Notes: generated by a model not told the origin, from the sequence alone. DNA of 64,000 nucleotides from Alphaproteobacteria bacterium (GCA_965214705.1 CBDCCI010000002.1:2112001-2176000); one strand, 5' to 3'; positions 15,795-27,643 are shown, counted from the first letter of the stretch. Numbers and translations are program-made.

Positions 15795-17204
15795 TCACAG
15801 CGCCGGCCGCTTGTCCGCCCACGGGCGCGCCTGCTCGAAGGCGCGGGCTGCCTGGAGCACGGTCAGATCGGCGAAGCGCTTGCCCACGATCTGCAGCCCG
15901 ACCGGGAGCCCCGCATCGGTGAAGCCGCAGGGCACCGAGGCGGCCGGGTTCTGGCTGAAGTTGAAGGGGTAGGAAAACTCGGCCCACACGATCCAGTCCC
16001 ACGGATGGGACGGCCAGTGCTCGGGCTGCAGCCGCTCGGCCGGGAACGCCGCCACGGAGACGGCCGGCGTGAGCAGCAGGTCCCACTCCTCGAAGAAGCG
16101 GTGCACCGCCTCGACGTAAGCGAGCTTGCGCGCCCGCGTCTCCAGGTAGGTCGCGCCCGTCACGCCGTCGGCCGCGCGGATGCAGGCGACGAGGCCGGGG
16201 TCCATACGCTCCTCGAACTCGTCAAGCAATGGGCGGTAGGCGTGGAGGTGGATCGGCCACAGCATGCGGATGATTTCCGGCCCCTCCGGGCCGAAGGGCA
16301 GCGCCGGGCTCTCCACCGTGCAGCCCAGCGATTGGAACGCCTCGGCCGCGCTCTGCACCAGCGCCGCGACGTCCGCGTCGACCCGTGCATGCCCGAGGTC
16401 CGGACTGAAGGCGACCTTGAGGCCATCGATCCCGTCGTCGAGCCTGGCCGGGTAGTCGGCGGGCGGCGCCTCCAGGCTGGTGTGGTCCCACGGGTGCGAG
16501 CCTGCCATCGCCCTCAGCATTAACGCGGCATCGCCCACGGTGCGGGTCATGGGCCCCACGTGGGAGACCTGATCGTTGTTCGGCACCGGCCAGTTGGGTA
16601 CCCGCCCGTAGGTCGGCTTGAGGCCGAAGATGCCGCTGAAGTGCGAGGGCATGCGGATCGAGCCGGCGCCGTCCGAGCCCTGGTGCAGCGGCCCGTAGCC
16701 TGCCGCCGCGGCAGCCCCGGCGCCCGCCGAGGAGGCGCCCGCGTTGTAGCCCTCCTTCCACGGGTTCGACGTGATGCCGGTGAGCGGGCTGTTGCTCACG
16801 CCGGACCAGCCGAATTCCGACGTGGTGGTCTTGCCGAGGACGATGGCGCCGGCCTCCTCCAGCCGCGGAATCACCGGCGCGTCCAAAGTCGGCACGTGGT
16901 CCCTCAGCGAGTGCGAGCCGCGCTCGGTGGGAATCCCGGCGGTCTCGGTCAGGTCCTTGGTAGTGACGGGCAGGCCGAAGAGCGCGCCTTCGGCCACGCC
17001 CTTCATCAGCGCGGCCTCTGCGCGCCCTGCGGCCTCCCGCGCGCGTTCGGCAGTCAGCGTCGAGAAGGCGTTGATGCGGGGCTCGCAGGCCTCGATGCGG
17101 GCCAGTACCGCGTCGATCAGCTCGACCGGCGAGAGCTCCTTGCGCCGGATCAGGGGGCTGAGCTCGGTGGCGGGCGTGAAGCAAAGATCATCGGTCACCG
17201 GCAA
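15795..17204 (-). CDS. Amidase signature family protein
   Basis: KD, GASSAG and GSDGAGSIRMP motifs. Confidence 0.92.
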   Translation of the reverse strand: MPVTDDLCFTPATELSPLIRRKELSPVELIDAVLARIEACEPRINAFSTLTAERAREAAGRAEAALMKGVAEGALFGLPVTTKDLTETAGIPTERGSHSLRDHVPTLDAPVIPRLEEAGAIVLGKTTTSEFGWSGVSNSPLTGITSNPWKEGYNAGASSAGAGAAAAAGYGPLHQGSDGAGSIRMPSHFSGIFGLKPTYGRVPNWPVPNNDQVSHVGPMTRTVGDAALMLRAMAGSHPWDHTSLEAPPADYPARLDDGIDGLKVAFSPDLGHARVDADVAALVQSAAEAFQSLGCTVESPALPFGPEGPEIIRMLWPIHLHAYRPLLDEFEERMDPGLVACIRAADGVTGATYLETRARKLAYVEAVHRFFEEWDLLLTPAVSVAAFPAERLQPEHWPSHPWDWIVWAEFSYPFNFSQNPAASVPCGFTDAGLPVGLQIVGKRFADLTVLQAARAFEQARPWADKRPAL

Positions 17205-17258
17205 CTCCTCGGCAGTCGTGGCTTGGGACGCGGATCATGGAGGCTGCAAGCACCTGTG

Positions 17259-18377
17259 TCATCCCGCTCCGTCAACCAGCGTCTCGCGCAGAACGTCCTC
17301 GTCGAGTTCGACGCCGAGGCCTGGGCGATCCGGCAGCGCAAGCCACCCCTCGTCGTCGACCTTGATCGGCTCCTTGAGGCCGAAGTCGCGCCGCGCCGGT
17401 ACCCAGTCCGGCGGATCGAAGGGGAACTCCAGGTAGGGTGCGCCGCCGACGCCAACCGTCAGCTGCGCGTTGGCCAGGAGGCCTAGACCGCTCCCCCAGG
17501 TGTGCGGCGTGAACATCAAGCCGGCCTCGCGCGCGGCCGCGGCGATGCGCGCGCATCCCGTGATGCCGCCGACGAAAACACAGTCCGGCTGCAGCACGTC
17601 GAGGCAGCCGCGCTCGATCAGGGTGCGGAACTCGTGGGCTTCGCGGGTCACTTCGCCGCCTGCGATCCTGACTCTAGTCTCGGCCCGCAGCGCCGCCATG
17701 CCGGCGTAGTCGCCCCGATGCAGCGGCTCCTCCATCCAGTAGACGTCGAGCTCGGCCAGCGCATGCGCCACTGTGCGGGCGGTCGCGAGCTCCCACGGCG
17801 GCGCGGTGTCCCAGGACATGCGCCATGCTTGGTTGCAATCGACCATCAGGTCGATGTCGGACCCCACGGCGTCGCGCACGGCAGCGGCGCGCGCGATATC
17901 CCGGCGCCAGTCATCGGTGGAAAAGCGCAGCTTGATGGCCTTGAAGCCACGGGCGACGAGCCCTCGCGCAGTCTCGCGGCTCGCGGCCTCGTCGCGCCGC
18001 AGCGCCGTGGAGGCATAGGCCCGCACCCGGCCATCCGTGCCGCCCAGCAGCCGAAACACCGGCTCGCCCTCGATCTTGCCGCGCAGGTCCCAGAGCGCGA
18101 GGTCGAGCGGCCACCAGCGCCCGTAGTGGAAGCAGAGATTGTCGAGCACGGCGTGGTGGCGCTCCATGTCGCGGGGGTCGCGGCCGAGAAACAGGTCGGC
18201 GTGCTCGGCGAACCCTCCCATCGAGTCCCCCGCCGCCACGCCTTCGAGCCCCTGGTCAGTGCGCACGCGAACGAGGTTGATCGTGAAGCTCTCGCGCGGC
18301 CTGCTGTCCCACGAGACCGGCACGGGCGGGGCGAGCGGGATGCGGTGGTGCGTGATGTCGATTGCGGCGATCTTCAT
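17259..18377 (-). CDS. Mandelate racemase/muconate lactonizing enzyme family protein
   Basis: KAIKLR, MVDCNQ, WMEEP and AGGE motifs; start MKIAAID. Confidence 0.9.
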   Translation of the reverse strand: MKIAAIDITHHRIPLAPPVPVSWDSRPRESFTINLVRVRTDQGLEGVAAGDSMGGFAEHADLFLGRDPRDMERHHAVLDNLCFHYGRWWPLDLALWDLRGKIEGEPVFRLLGGTDGRVRAYASTALRRDEAASRETARGLVARGFKAIKLRFSTDDWRRDIARAAAVRDAVGSDIDLMVDCNQAWRMSWDTAPPWELATARTVAHALAELDVYWMEEPLHRGDYAGMAALRAETRVRIAGGEVTREAHEFRTLIERGCLDVLQPDCVFVGGITGCARIAAAAREAGLMFTPHTWGSGLGLLANAQLTVGVGGAPYLEFPFDPPDWVPARRDFGLKEPIKVDDEGWLALPDRPGLGVELDEDVLRETLVDGAG

Positions 18378-18397
18378 GGAGGAATGGAACGGGGCGA

Positions 18398-18823
18398 TCA
18401 GAGAAGATCGCGCAGCACGGGGATCAGTGGCGCGTCGGCCGGCGGCATGGGGTATTCGCGGAGCCGCGCCGGCCGCACCCAGCGGAGCTCCTGCCCCTCC
18501 TTCGGCGTCACAAAGCCGTTCCATATCCGGCAGACGTAGAGAGGCATCAGAAGGTGGAAGTCTTCGTAGCTGTGCGAGGCGAAGGCGAGAGGTGCGAGGC
18601 AGCTCTGCTCCGTATCGATCCCGAGCTCCTCGCGGAGCTCACGGATCAGCGCCTGCTCTGGCGTCTCTCCGGGCGCGACCTTGCCGCCGGGGAACTCCCA
18701 GAGCCCTGCCATGGCCTTGCCGGGCGGGCGACGCGCCAGCAGCACCCGGCCGTCCGCATCGACCAGCGCGACCGCCGCCACCAGGACAAGAGGACGCGCC
18801 CCATCAGGTGCGGTAGTCGGCAT
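18398..18823 (-). CDS. mutT: 8-oxo-dGTP diphosphatase (Nudix)
   Basis: Nudix box GGKVAPGETPEQALIRELREELG; downstream of argJ. Confidence 0.88.
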   Translation of the reverse strand: MPTTAPDGARPLVLVAAVALVDADGRVLLARRPPGKAMAGLWEFPGGKVAPGETPEQALIRELREELGIDTEQSCLAPLAFASHSYEDFHLLMPLYVCRIWNGFVTPKEGQELRWVRPARLREYPMPPADAPLIPVLRDLL

Positions 18824-20039
18824 TAATCTCGATGTAACCGTGGGTCAGATCGCAGGTCCAGACGGTCGCCGTGCCGGGGCCTGCGCCAGTTTCGACGGCG
18901 ATCTCGACCTCCTGTCCCTTCATGTGGCGGGCCGCCGCCGGCTCGTCGAAGGCGGGGTCGGCCACACCGTCCTTGGCCGCGCGCTCGCCGCCGAGCCAGA
19001 TCGAGAGCCGCTCCTGGTCGAAGGGCACGCCGGCCCGTCCCACCACCGCGACGATCCGCCCCCAATTGGGGTCCTCGCCGGCGATCGCCGTCTTCACCAG
19101 CGGCGAGTTGGCGATGGCGAGCCCGAGCTTGCGGGCTGCCGCCTCGGAGGCCGCGCCGCGCACCGTGATCGAGACGAGTTTCTGGGCCCCCTCCCCGTCC
19201 CGCACGATCTGTTGGGCGAGATCGGTCAGCACCGCCTCCAGCGCGGCGCGGAACCCTTGCAGCCGCGGGTCGCCGGCGCGCGCGACCGGCCTGTGCCGCG
19301 CAGCGCCCGTGGCGAAGAGCAGACAGGTGTCGTTGGTCGAGGTGTCGCCGTCCACCGTGATGGCGTTGAACGAGCGGTTCACGCCGCGCCGAACCAGAGG
19401 CCCCAGCGCCGCCGCCGGCAGGTTCGCGTCGGTGAACACGTAGGCCAGCATGGTGCCCATGTTGGGCGCGATCATGCCGGAGCCCTTGGCAATGCCAGCG
19501 ATAACCACCGGCACGCCGTCGATCTCGGCCTTGGCCGAGGCGCCCTTGGGGAAGGTGTCCGTGGTCATGATTGCGGCGGCGGCCTCGGGCCAGGCGTCGT
19601 CGGCGAGGCGGGCGTGAAGCGGGATCAACGCGGCGGTCAGCTTTTCCGCCGGCAGCTGCTCCCCAATTACCCCGGTCGAGCTGACGTAGACCTCGTCCGC
19701 CCGGCAGCCGACGAGCGCTGCTGCCGCCTCCGCGGTCCGGCGCACGGCGGCGTGGCCCTGGTCCCCGGTCGCGGCGTTCGCATTGCCCGCATTGACCACC
19801 AGCGCTCGCGCAGTGCCGTCGCCCTCCCCGAGCAGCGCGCGGCACCAGAGCACCGGCGGCGCGGCGGTGTGCGAGCGGGTCAGCGTGCCGGCGACAGTCG
19901 TCCCTGGCGCGAAGGACGCGAGCAAGAGATCGGGCCGGCCCTTGTAGCGCAGCCGCGCCTCGGCGGCGGCGAGCAGCACGCCCGGAACCGGCGGCAAATC
20001 TGGGAAGCGCGCGGGTGCAAGGGGGGATATCGCGGTCAT
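18804..20039 (-). CDS. argJ: Glutamate N-acetyltransferase / amino-acid acetyltransferase
   Basis: IMTTDT, KGSGMIAPNMGTML, DTSTNDT and WTCDLTHGYIEINADYRT motifs. Confidence 0.95.
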   Translation of the reverse strand: MTAISPLAPARFPDLPPVPGVLLAAAEARLRYKGRPDLLLASFAPGTTVAGTLTRSHTAAPPVLWCRALLGEGDGTARALVVNAGNANAATGDQGHAAVRRTAEAAAALVGCRADEVYVSSTGVIGEQLPAEKLTAALIPLHARLADDAWPEAAAAIMTTDTFPKGASAKAEIDGVPVVIAGIAKGSGMIAPNMGTMLAYVFTDANLPAAALGPLVRRGVNRSFNAITVDGDTSTNDTCLLFATGAARHRPVARAGDPRLQGFRAALEAVLTDLAQQIVRDGEGAQKLVSITVRGAASEAAARKLGLAIANSPLVKTAIAGEDPNWGRIVAVVGRAGVPFDQERLSIWLGGERAAKDGVADPAFDEPAAARHMKGQEVEIAVETGAGPGTATVWTCDLTHGYIEINADYRT

Positions 20040-20193
20040 CGACCTCTCCTGATGGCGGGCCGCGCCAAACATACAAGCAGAGCCGGAGCGATACGAATAC
20101 CGCGCCGCGTTGACAGGACCCGAGCGCACGCCTATCTCTCGGTTACTGGCGTCGCTGCATGCGGCGGCGGGCGACGGTTGTCGGGATGATGCC

Positions 20194-22992
20194 ATGCTTC
20201 AAGGCCTTTCCAAGAAACTCTTCGGCACAGTCAATGAGCGCATCGTCAAGGCCCATGCCGCGCAGATCGGCGCCATCAACGGCCTCGAGAAGTCGTTGGA
20301 GGCGCTGAGCGACGAGGAACTCCGCGACAAGACGCCTGCGTTCAGGAAGCGGATCGAGAACGGCGAGACCCTGGAAGACCTGCTCGTCGAGGCCTTCGCC
20401 GTCACGCGCGAGGCCGCGAAGCGCACGCTCGGCCAGCGCCACTACGACGTGCAGCTCGTCGGCGGCATCGTCCTGCACCAGGGCAGGGTCGCCGAGATGG
20501 CGACCGGCGAGGGCAAGACCTTGGTGGCGACGCTGCCGGTCTATCTCAACGCCCTCGAAGGCAAGGGCGTGCACGTCATCACGGTGAACGACTACCTGGC
20601 CCAGCGCGACGCCGCCTGGATGGGCGAGATCTATCAGTTCCTGGGCCTCAAGGTCGGCTGCATCGTGCATGGCCTGAATGACGATCAGCGACGCGAGCAG
20701 TACGGCGCCGACGTTACCTACGGCACCAACAACGAGTTCGGCTTTGACTATCTGCGCGACAACATGAAGTTCACGCTGGAGACCATGGTCCAGCGCCCCT
20801 TCAACTTCGCCATCGTGGACGAGGTCGACAGCATCCTGATCGACGAGGCGCGCACGCCGCTGATCATCTCGGGGCCGTCCGAGGACAGCTCGGAGATGTA
20901 CCAGAAGGTCGACCAGGTGATCCCCGAGCTTCTCGAGGGCGATTTCGAGATCGACGAGAAAGCCCGCGCGGCGACGCTTACCGACGAAGGGGCCGAGAGG
21001 GTCGAAGCGCTGCTGGCCAAGCACGACCTCTTGAAGAGCCCCAACCTCTACGACATCGAGAACGTCTCGGTCGTGCACCACCTGAATCAGGCGGTCCGCG
21101 CCCACAAGATGTTCGAGCGCGATACCGACTACATCGTCAACGACGGACGCGTCGTCATCATCGACGAGTTCACCGGGCGCATGATGCCGGGGCGCCGCTT
21201 CTCCGAAGGGCTGCACCAGGCGCTCGAGGCCAAGGAGCACGTGCGGGTCCAGCAGGAGAACCAGACGCTGGCCTCGATCACCTTCCAGAACTATTTCCGC
21301 ATGTACCCCAAGCTCGCCGGCATGACCGGCACCGCGGCGACCGAGGCCGCCGAGCTCGGCGACATTTACCGCCTCGACGTGATCCAGATTCCGACCAACG
21401 AGCCCTGCATCCGGGAAGACCGGGACGACGAGGTCTATCGCACTGCAGACGAGAAGTGGAACGCGATCTTAGAGCTTCTGCAGGACTGCCAGAAGCGGGG
21501 CCAGCCGGTGCTCGTGGGCACGACCAGCATCGAGAAGTCCGAGCTCCTCTCCGAGCGGCTGAAGAAGGAATCGGTTCCGCACAACGTGCTCAACGCCCGC
21601 TATCACGAGCAGGAAGCGCACATCATTGCGCAGGCCGGCCGTGTCGGCGCGCTCACCATCGCGACCAACATGGCGGGCCGCGGCACAGACATTCAGCTGG
21701 GCGGCAACATCGAGTTCCGCATCGCCGACGAGCTTGGAGAAGAGGAAGACGAGGTCGCGAAGGAGCGGGCCGCCGCCAACATCCGTGCCGAAGTCGCGGC
21801 CGGGCGCGAGAAGGTGCTCGCAGCCGGCGGGCTGCTGGTGGTCGGCAGCGAGCGCCACGAGGCCAGGCGCATCGACAACCAGCTACGCGGCCGCTCCGGT
21901 CGACAGGGCGACCCCGGTGCTTCGCTCTTCTTCCTCTCGCTGGAAGACGACCTCATGCGCATTTTCGGCTCCGAGCGCATGGACTCGATGCTCTCCAAGC
22001 TCGGGCTGAAGGATGGCGAGGCGATCGTCCATCCGTGGATCAACAAGGCGCTCGAAAAGGCGCAGCAGAAGGTGGAGGCGCGCAACTACGAGATCCGCAA
22101 GAACCTTCTGAAGTTCGACGACGTGATGAACGACCAGCGCTCGGTGGTCTACGAGCAGCGCAAGGACCTGATGCGCACGGACGATGTTTCGGAAACGGTC
22201 GTCGACATGCGTCATGAGGTGGTCGAAGCGATCGTCGACGATCACATCCCGGAGAAGGCCTATCCTGAGCAGTGGGACCTGGACGGTATGCACGACTCAT
22301 GCCGGCGGCTGCTCGGCATCGACCTGCCGATCAAGGACTGGGCCAAGGAAGAGGGTATCGCCGACGAGGAGATTCGCGATCGAATCGTCAAGGAAGCGGA
22401 TGTCCACGCCGCCGCCAAGCTCGCGACTTACGGTTCCGAGGTCTGGCGTCTCGCCGAAAAGAGCCTGCTTCTGCAAATCCTCGATCAAAGTTGGAAGGAC
22501 CACCTGCTGACCCTGGATCACCTGCGCCAGGGAATCGGCCTCAGGGCCTACGGCCAGCGCGATCCGCTCAACGAATACAGAGGCGAAGCCTTCAGCATGT
22601 TCGAGAACATGCTCGCAAGCCTCAGGGAACAGACGACTCAACTGCTCAGCCACGTCGAGCTCAGGCTTCAGGGCCCCGACGAGGAGGAGTCGCCCGTGCC
22701 CGAGCGGACTGCACCGCAAATGCAGGAAACCCGCCGCGACCCCGCGCTCGCCGCCGCGGGAGCGGGAGCGATGGCCGAGGAGGCGCCTGCCCTGGCGGCC
22801 GCCGGCGGTGGCCGCGCGCCGGTGCGGCGCGAGGCAGCTCAACCGGCTCAGGCGGCAGCGGGCGGCAGCACGGTTCGACGCGCTGCGTTCGACCCGAGCA
22901 ATCCTGAGACCTGGGGCAGAGTCGGCCGCAACGCCCCCTGCCCCTGCGGCTCCGGCCTCAAGTACAAGCGCTGCCACGGCAAGCTCGCCTGA
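20194..22992 (+). CDS. secA: Preprotein translocase subunit SecA
   Basis: [28 protein letters not shown]-terminal [17 protein letters not shown]. Confidence 0.98.
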   Translation: MLQGLSKKLFGTVNERIVKAHAAQIGAINGLEKSLEALSDEELRDKTPAFRKRIENGETLEDLLVEAFAVTREAAKRTLGQRHYDVQLVGGIVLHQGRVAEMATGEGKTLVATLPVYLNALEGKGVHVITVNDYLAQRDAAWMGEIYQFLGLKVGCIVHGLNDDQRREQYGADVTYGTNNEFGFDYLRDNMKFTLETMVQRPFNFAIVDEVDSILIDEARTPLIISGPSEDSSEMYQKVDQVIPELLEGDFEIDEKARAATLTDEGAERVEALLAKHDLLKSPNLYDIENVSVVHHLNQAVRAHKMFERDTDYIVNDGRVVIIDEFTGRMMPGRRFSEGLHQALEAKEHVRVQQENQTLASITFQNYFRMYPKLAGMTGTAATEAAELGDIYRLDVIQIPTNEPCIREDRDDEVYRTADEKWNAILELLQDCQKRGQPVLVGTTSIEKSELLSERLKKESVPHNVLNARYHEQEAHIIAQAGRVGALTIATNMAGRGTDIQLGGNIEFRIADELGEEEDEVAKERAAANIRAEVAAGREKVLAAGGLLVVGSERHEARRIDNQLRGRSGRQGDPGASLFFLSLEDDLMRIFGSERMDSMLSKLGLKDGEAIVHPWINKALEKAQQKVEARNYEIRKNLLKFDDVMNDQRSVVYEQRKDLMRTDDVSETVVDMRHEVVEAIVDDHIPEKAYPEQWDLDGMHDSCRRLLGIDLPIKDWAKEEGIADEEIRDRIVKEADVHAAAKLATYGSEVWRLAEKSLLLQILDQSWKDHLLTLDHLRQGIGLRAYGQRDPLNEYRGEAFSMFENMLASLREQTTQLLSHVELRLQGPDEEESPVPERTAPQMQETRRDPALAAAGAGAMAEEAPALAAAGGGRAPVRREAAQPAQAAAGGSTVRRAAFDPSNPETWGRVGRNAPCPCGSGLKYKRCHGKLA

Positions 22993-23049
22993 GCGGCCGG
23001 GGCCTCGTCCTCTCGCATAAAGCCTGGCCTGCGGTCTGCGGGCAGCGAT

Positions 23050-23658
23050 TCAGATGATGATGCCGCCGAGCAGGCGGCGCCATTTGCTCTCGTGGTCGGT
23101 GCCCAGCACGAGGTCGGGATCGGCGTCGATCACCGCCCAGTCGCCCCGCGCGAGCTCGCTCTCGAGCTGCGACGGCCCCCAGCCGGAATAACCGAAGATC
23201 AGCAGGCTGCGGCGCGGCCCATGACCGAACGCCACGTCGACCAGCACCTCGAGGTTGGTGGTGAGCGCGAACGCGCCAGAGAGCACCCTGGTTCCGCGGA
23301 TCGCGTACTCGGCCGAGTGCAGCAGGAAGCCGATTTCCGGCTGAACCGGGCCGCCGTAATGCAGGGTTATGGGGCCGCTGCGCAGTGCGTCCAGGCCCTC
23401 ATCGTCGAGGTCGATGCCAAGCCGATCGAGAAGTCCCTCGATCGGCGCGGTGCTGATCGGCTTGTTGACGACCAGTCCGAACGCGCCGTTCTCGTCGTGA
23501 TCGACGAGATAGATCACGGTCTCCTGGAAGCGCGGGTCGGGCATGTGCTCGCTTGCGACCAGCACCCGACCGGCCAGCCACGAGTCGGCCTGCGCAGCGC
23601 CCGCTGCAGCGCCTGCTGCCAGGAACACGATCAGGCTGAGGGTTCGCAACAAGCGCAC
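23050..23658 (-). CDS. YqgE/AlgH family protein with signal-peptide-like N-terminus
   Basis: MPDPRF, GGPV and GYSGWGPSQLESEL motifs. Confidence 0.85.
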   Translation of the reverse strand: MRLLRTLSLIVFLAAGAAAGAAQADSWLAGRVLVASEHMPDPRFQETVIYLVDHDENGAFGLVVNKPISTAPIEGLLDRLGIDLDDEGLDALRSGPITLHYGGPVQPEIGFLLHSAEYAIRGTRVLSGAFALTTNLEVLVDVAFGHGPRRSLLIFGYSGWGPSQLESELARGDWAVIDADPDLVLGTDHESKWRRLLGGIII

Positions 23659-23668
23659 GGCGTGGCCC

Positions 23669-24358
23669 TCAGGCGACGCCCAGCAAGGGAGGAAGCTCCG
23701 CGAGAGTCTTGATCTCGGCGTCGGGCGCCTCCGGGATACGCTCTTGCCCTTGACCGAAGCGGTTGCACCAGGCGACACGGAAGCCGAAGGCCGCCGCACC
23801 ATTGGCATCCCAGGCGTTGGACGACTGGAAGCTCACCTTGGCCGGAGGCACGCCGAGTCGATCCACCACCAGTTGGTAGACCGAAGGATGAGGCTTGAAG
23901 ATGCCGACCTCCTCGACGGAGAGCACGGCGTCGAGACTGTCACCGATTCCTGCAGCCTCGACCGCCGCCTCCAGCATCTCGGGCTCGCCGTTCGAGAGGA
24001 TGGCGGTCTTGAGCCCGTGCGCCCTGAGCGTCGCCAGCGTCTCCGGCACCTCCGGGTAGGCGTCCAGGGTGCGGTAGGCCTCCATCAGCTTGGCGCGCAG
24101 CGCGTCGTCCTCGATACCGAGCTCCCCCATGGAGAAGTCGAGCGCGTCGCCCGTGACCTGCCAGAACCCTGTGTAGCGGCCCATCAGGCTGCGCAGCCAG
24201 GTGTACTGGAGCTGCTTGTGACGCCAGAGCTCGGCGAGCGGAGCGGCCTTGTCGCCGAGCGCCGCCACGTGGCGACCGGCCGCCGCGTTATAGTCGAACA
24301 GCGTGCCGTAGGCGTCGAAGACGCAGGCCGCGATATCGCCGAAGCGTGGATGGGCCAT
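23669..24358 (-). CDS. Haloacid dehalogenase type II
   Basis: FDAYGTLFD, LSNG, FKPHP and SSNAWD motifs. Confidence 0.92.
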   Translation of the reverse strand: MAHPRFGDIAACVFDAYGTLFDYNAAAGRHVAALGDKAAPLAELWRHKQLQYTWLRSLMGRYTGFWQVTGDALDFSMGELGIEDDALRAKLMEAYRTLDAYPEVPETLATLRAHGLKTAILSNGEPEMLEAAVEAAGIGDSLDAVLSVEEVGIFKPHPSVYQLVVDRLGVPPAKVSFQSSNAWDANGAAAFGFRVAWCNRFGQGQERIPEAPDAEIKTLAELPPLLGVA

Positions 24359-24458
24359 GCCCCTCTTCCTCCCGATACCTCCCGATCATACCAGAGCGCC
24401 GGGAGGCGTGCGGACGGGAGGCTCCGCCCGTTGCGCGCCCTACTCGCCTGCTCTTGGC

Positions 24459-24677
24459 CTACTTGTGGCGGAAGATGATGCGGCCCTTCGACAGATCGTA
24501 GGGCGTCATCTCGACATCGACCCGGTCGCCGACGAGCACGCGGATGCGGAACTTGCGCATCTTGCCCGCCGGGCGCGCGATGATCTCGTGGCCGTTGTCG
24601 AGCGCCACGCGGAACATCGTGTCCGGCAGCTTCTCGCGAACCGTGCCGGAAAACTCGAGCAAGTCCTCTTTGGCCAT
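24459..24677 (-). CDS. infA: Translation initiation factor IF-1
   Basis: 72 aa MAKEDLLEF...[30 protein letters not shown]. Confidence 0.96.
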   Translation of the reverse strand: MAKEDLLEFSGTVREKLPDTMFRVALDNGHEIIARPAGKMRKFRIRVLVGDRVDVEMTPYDLSKGRIIFRHK

Positions 24678-24975
24678 AGGCGAAGGCGCTGCTTTTCGAT
24701 TCAAAGGGCGACGGGCCGAATTGCGGGACTTCTGAGCCACGCCAACGACCGTCGGGGCCGGGTTGTTGCATAGCGGGGCCGCTTTGTTAAGCGCCATTCG
24801 GACTACACGCGGAGGCAACCGCTTGTCGTAAGGATAGGAAATGCTCGCTGCACGTTTGGCAGGCGAGACCGGGATGCTATTGTGCGCGCGCGAAACGCAG
24901 CCGAACCTGGTCCTTGTGGAACTGCTCGGCCGCCGCTCGCGCGTCTGGGAGAATTCATCGGAGCGGGCACATCGG

Positions 24976-26070
24976 ATGGCGGAGGTACGCCTCTCGGGGC
25001 TGACCAAGAGCTATGGCTCGGTGCATGCACTGCGCGGCGTGGACCTTGAGGTCGACGACGGCGAGTTCTTCGTGCTGTTCGGCCCGAGCGCGGCCGGAAA
25101 GACGACCACGCTCCGCGTCATCGCGGGCCTCGAGAGGCCGGACGCCGGCACGCTCATGGTGGACGGGCACGATCTCGCGGGCGTGCCGGTCAAGCGGCGC
25201 GACATGGCGATGGTCTTCCAGAGCTTCGCCCTCTACCCCCACCTGACGACGTTCCAGAACCTCGCGTACCCGCTGCGCGAGATGAAGATGCGGCGTGCCG
25301 AGATCGACAGCCGCGTGCGCGAGACCGCGGAGCTGCTGCGCATCACCCACACGCTCGACCGCAGGCCGGCTTCGCTCAGCGGTGGCGAGCAGCAGCGGCT
25401 CGCCATCGGGCGCGCCATCATCCGCCGTCCGCGGCTCTTCCTCTTTGACGAGCCGCTCACCAACCTCGATGCCAAGCTCCGCCACGACATGCGGGCCGAG
25501 TTCAAGCGCCTCCATCGGGAGCTTGGCACGACCACGATATACGCGACGCCGGATCAGCTGGAGGCGCTCAGCATCGGCGAGCGCATCGCCGTGATCCAGC
25601 ACGGGCAGATCACCCAGGTCGATACCCCCGACCGGCTCTATGCCAAGCCGGTCGACCGCCACGTCGCCTCGCTGATCGGCGACCCGCCCATCAATCTGGT
25701 CAAGGGCACGCTCAAGCTGGGCGGCAACACAGGGCCTGCCATCGAGCTGCCGTTCATGGAGCTGGACGGCAATCCGTGGCACGACAGATTGCAGGCGCTA
25801 GATGCCGGCACCGAACTTCTGGTCGGCATCAGGCCGCACGACCTTTCGCTGGTCGAGGAGAACGGAGACGGCGTGCCGGCGACGATCGAGATTACCGAGC
25901 CCCAGGGCGACATCACGATTCTCGACCTTTCGGCGGCCGGCGTACCGCTCCGCATGGTGGTGGCGGAAGCGACGGGCGCCCGCTATACAGCCGGCGACAG
26001 CGTGCGCATTGCGCTCGCCGGCGCCGATACACGACTTTTCCTGAGCGACTCCGGCACCATGGTGGCGTAG
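24976..26070 (+). CDS. CUT1 ABC transporter ATP-binding protein (MalK-like)
   Basis: [21 protein letters not shown]; H-loop replaced by YATPDQ. Confidence 0.92.
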   Translation: MAEVRLSGLTKSYGSVHALRGVDLEVDDGEFFVLFGPSAAGKTTTLRVIAGLERPDAGTLMVDGHDLAGVPVKRRDMAMVFQSFALYPHLTTFQNLAYPLREMKMRRAEIDSRVRETAELLRITHTLDRRPASLSGGEQQRLAIGRAIIRRPRLFLFDEPLTNLDAKLRHDMRAEFKRLHRELGTTTIYATPDQLEALSIGERIAVIQHGQITQVDTPDRLYAKPVDRHVASLIGDPPINLVKGTLKLGGNTGPAIELPFMELDGNPWHDRLQALDAGTELLVGIRPHDLSLVEENGDGVPATIEITEPQGDITILDLSAAGVPLRMVVAEATGARYTAGDSVRIALAGADTRLFLSDSGTMVA

Positions 26071-26160
26071 GATGCGGCGCGCCCGCCGGAGCGGCCGGCC
26101 GACACGATCGACGGCAGGCACCGCCGCGGTTCGCGAGTAGACCGAGTGAGGGAGACAAGC

Positions 26161-27594
26161 ATGAGACTCATGACAAAGGGCAAGGCGGCACTGCTCGCCG
26201 GCGCGGTGGCGCTGGTCGGCTCCGCAATGTGGGGAGGCCCCGCCCAGGCCGAGGACATCACCATCAACATGGCTGCGCCCGACTGGCCGCCGACGCGCAT
26301 CATGCAGGACATGGCGAACGCGAGCTACAATGCGCCGAGCGGCAACAACGTGAAGCTCGTGATCGACTTCATCCCGTGGCCCGACTACTACACGCGGCTC
26401 GCGGCCTCGCTGACCTCGGGCGAGGAGAAGTACCAGATGGCGGTCAGCGACAGTCAGTGGCTGGGCGCCAACATCGAGGGCGGCTACTACATGAAGATCA
26501 ACGAGTTCATCGATGCCGACCCCGGTCTGCAGGCGGTGTTCGAGGATCTTCATCCCAACCTCGTCGCGTCCTATTCCACCTATCCGCATCGCACGGAGAA
26601 CTACTACGGCTTCCCGCAGATGCCGGACGTGCTGGTGGTTTATTACCGCCAGGACCTGTTCTGCCATGAAGGCGAGATGGCCGCGTTCAAGGAGAAGTAC
26701 GGCTACGACCTGCCGTGCTCGCCCGAGGAACAGAACGAAGTCCATTGGGGCCAGGTGCGTGACTTCGGCGAGTTCTTCCGTCGCAGCTCCGGCGAGTCGC
26801 TGGGCGGCGAGACCCTGAACGACGATTTCTACGGGATCGCCTACCAGGCCGGTAAGGGCTACGACTTCTCCAGCATGCAGATCAACGGCTTCATCTGGCA
26901 GCATGGCGGCAGCATCTGGGACGAGACCCAGGAGCCCGAGGGCCAGGCCATCGGCGTCGTGAACTCCGACGTCGCGGTCGAGGCGTTCGAGCACTATCTC
27001 TCGCTGACCGAGTTCATGCCGCCGGTGGTCCAGACCGGCACCATGGACATCTTCAAGGTCGACGAGTTGTTCCGCGAGGGCAAGGTGGCCTGGATCATCC
27101 AGTGGATCGGCTTCGGCGAGTCCGCGATCGCGCCGGAACTCTCGAAGGTCCACGACAAGGTCAACTTCGCGCGGATGCCGGGTCTGCTGGTGGGCGACGA
27201 GATCGTGCGCTGGTCCAACATCGGCGGGCAGCCCTTCGTGCTGACCACCTGGAACAGCGACACGGTGATCAAGGAGGCACTCGACTTCTGCAAGTGGTGG
27301 CTGTCGACCCCGGTGCAGCACGAGTTCGCCTCGCGTGGCGGGCAGAGCGGGCTCCAGAGCGTCTACACCACGCCCGAATACATGGAGTATCGGCCGTGGA
27401 ACCACGCCTTCGGCCCGAGCCTCGACTGGCAGAGGGACGTCTGGCACATCCCCGAGTTCTTCGAGCTGCTGGTGCAGCAGCAGGAAGAGTTCGACAAGGC
27501 GATTACCGGCCAGATCTCCGCCAAGGAGGCGCTGGACAACATCGCCGTCTTCCAGGATGAGCTCCTGCGCGAAGCAGGACGCATCGAGGACTAG
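26161..27594 (+). CDS. ABC transporter substrate-binding protein (carbohydrate family)
   Basis: Signal peptide, SBP family 1-like sequence, operon context. Confidence 0.9.
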   Translation: MRLMTKGKAALLAGAVALVGSAMWGGPAQAEDITINMAAPDWPPTRIMQDMANASYNAPSGNNVKLVIDFIPWPDYYTRLAASLTSGEEKYQMAVSDSQWLGANIEGGYYMKINEFIDADPGLQAVFEDLHPNLVASYSTYPHRTENYYGFPQMPDVLVVYYRQDLFCHEGEMAAFKEKYGYDLPCSPEEQNEVHWGQVRDFGEFFRRSSGESLGGETLNDDFYGIAYQAGKGYDFSSMQINGFIWQHGGSIWDETQEPEGQAIGVVNSDVAVEAFEHYLSLTEFMPPVVQTGTMDIFKVDELFREGKVAWIIQWIGFGESAIAPELSKVHDKVNFARMPGLLVGDEIVRWSNIGGQPFVLTTWNSDTVIKEALDFCKWWLSTPVQHEFASRGGQSGLQSVYTTPEYMEYRPWNHAFGPSLDWQRDVWHIPEFFELLVQQQEEFDKAITGQISAKEALDNIAVFQDELLREAGRIED

Positions 27595-27610
27595 CGATCG
27601 AGGCGGTAAC

Positions 27611-27643
27611 GGGGGCGGCTCCGCATAAGGGGCCGCCCCCTTT
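27611..27643 (+). terminator. Stem-loop after the SBP gene
   Basis: GGGGGCGGCTCC-GCATAA-GGGGCCGCCCCC followed by TTT. Confidence 0.6.
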
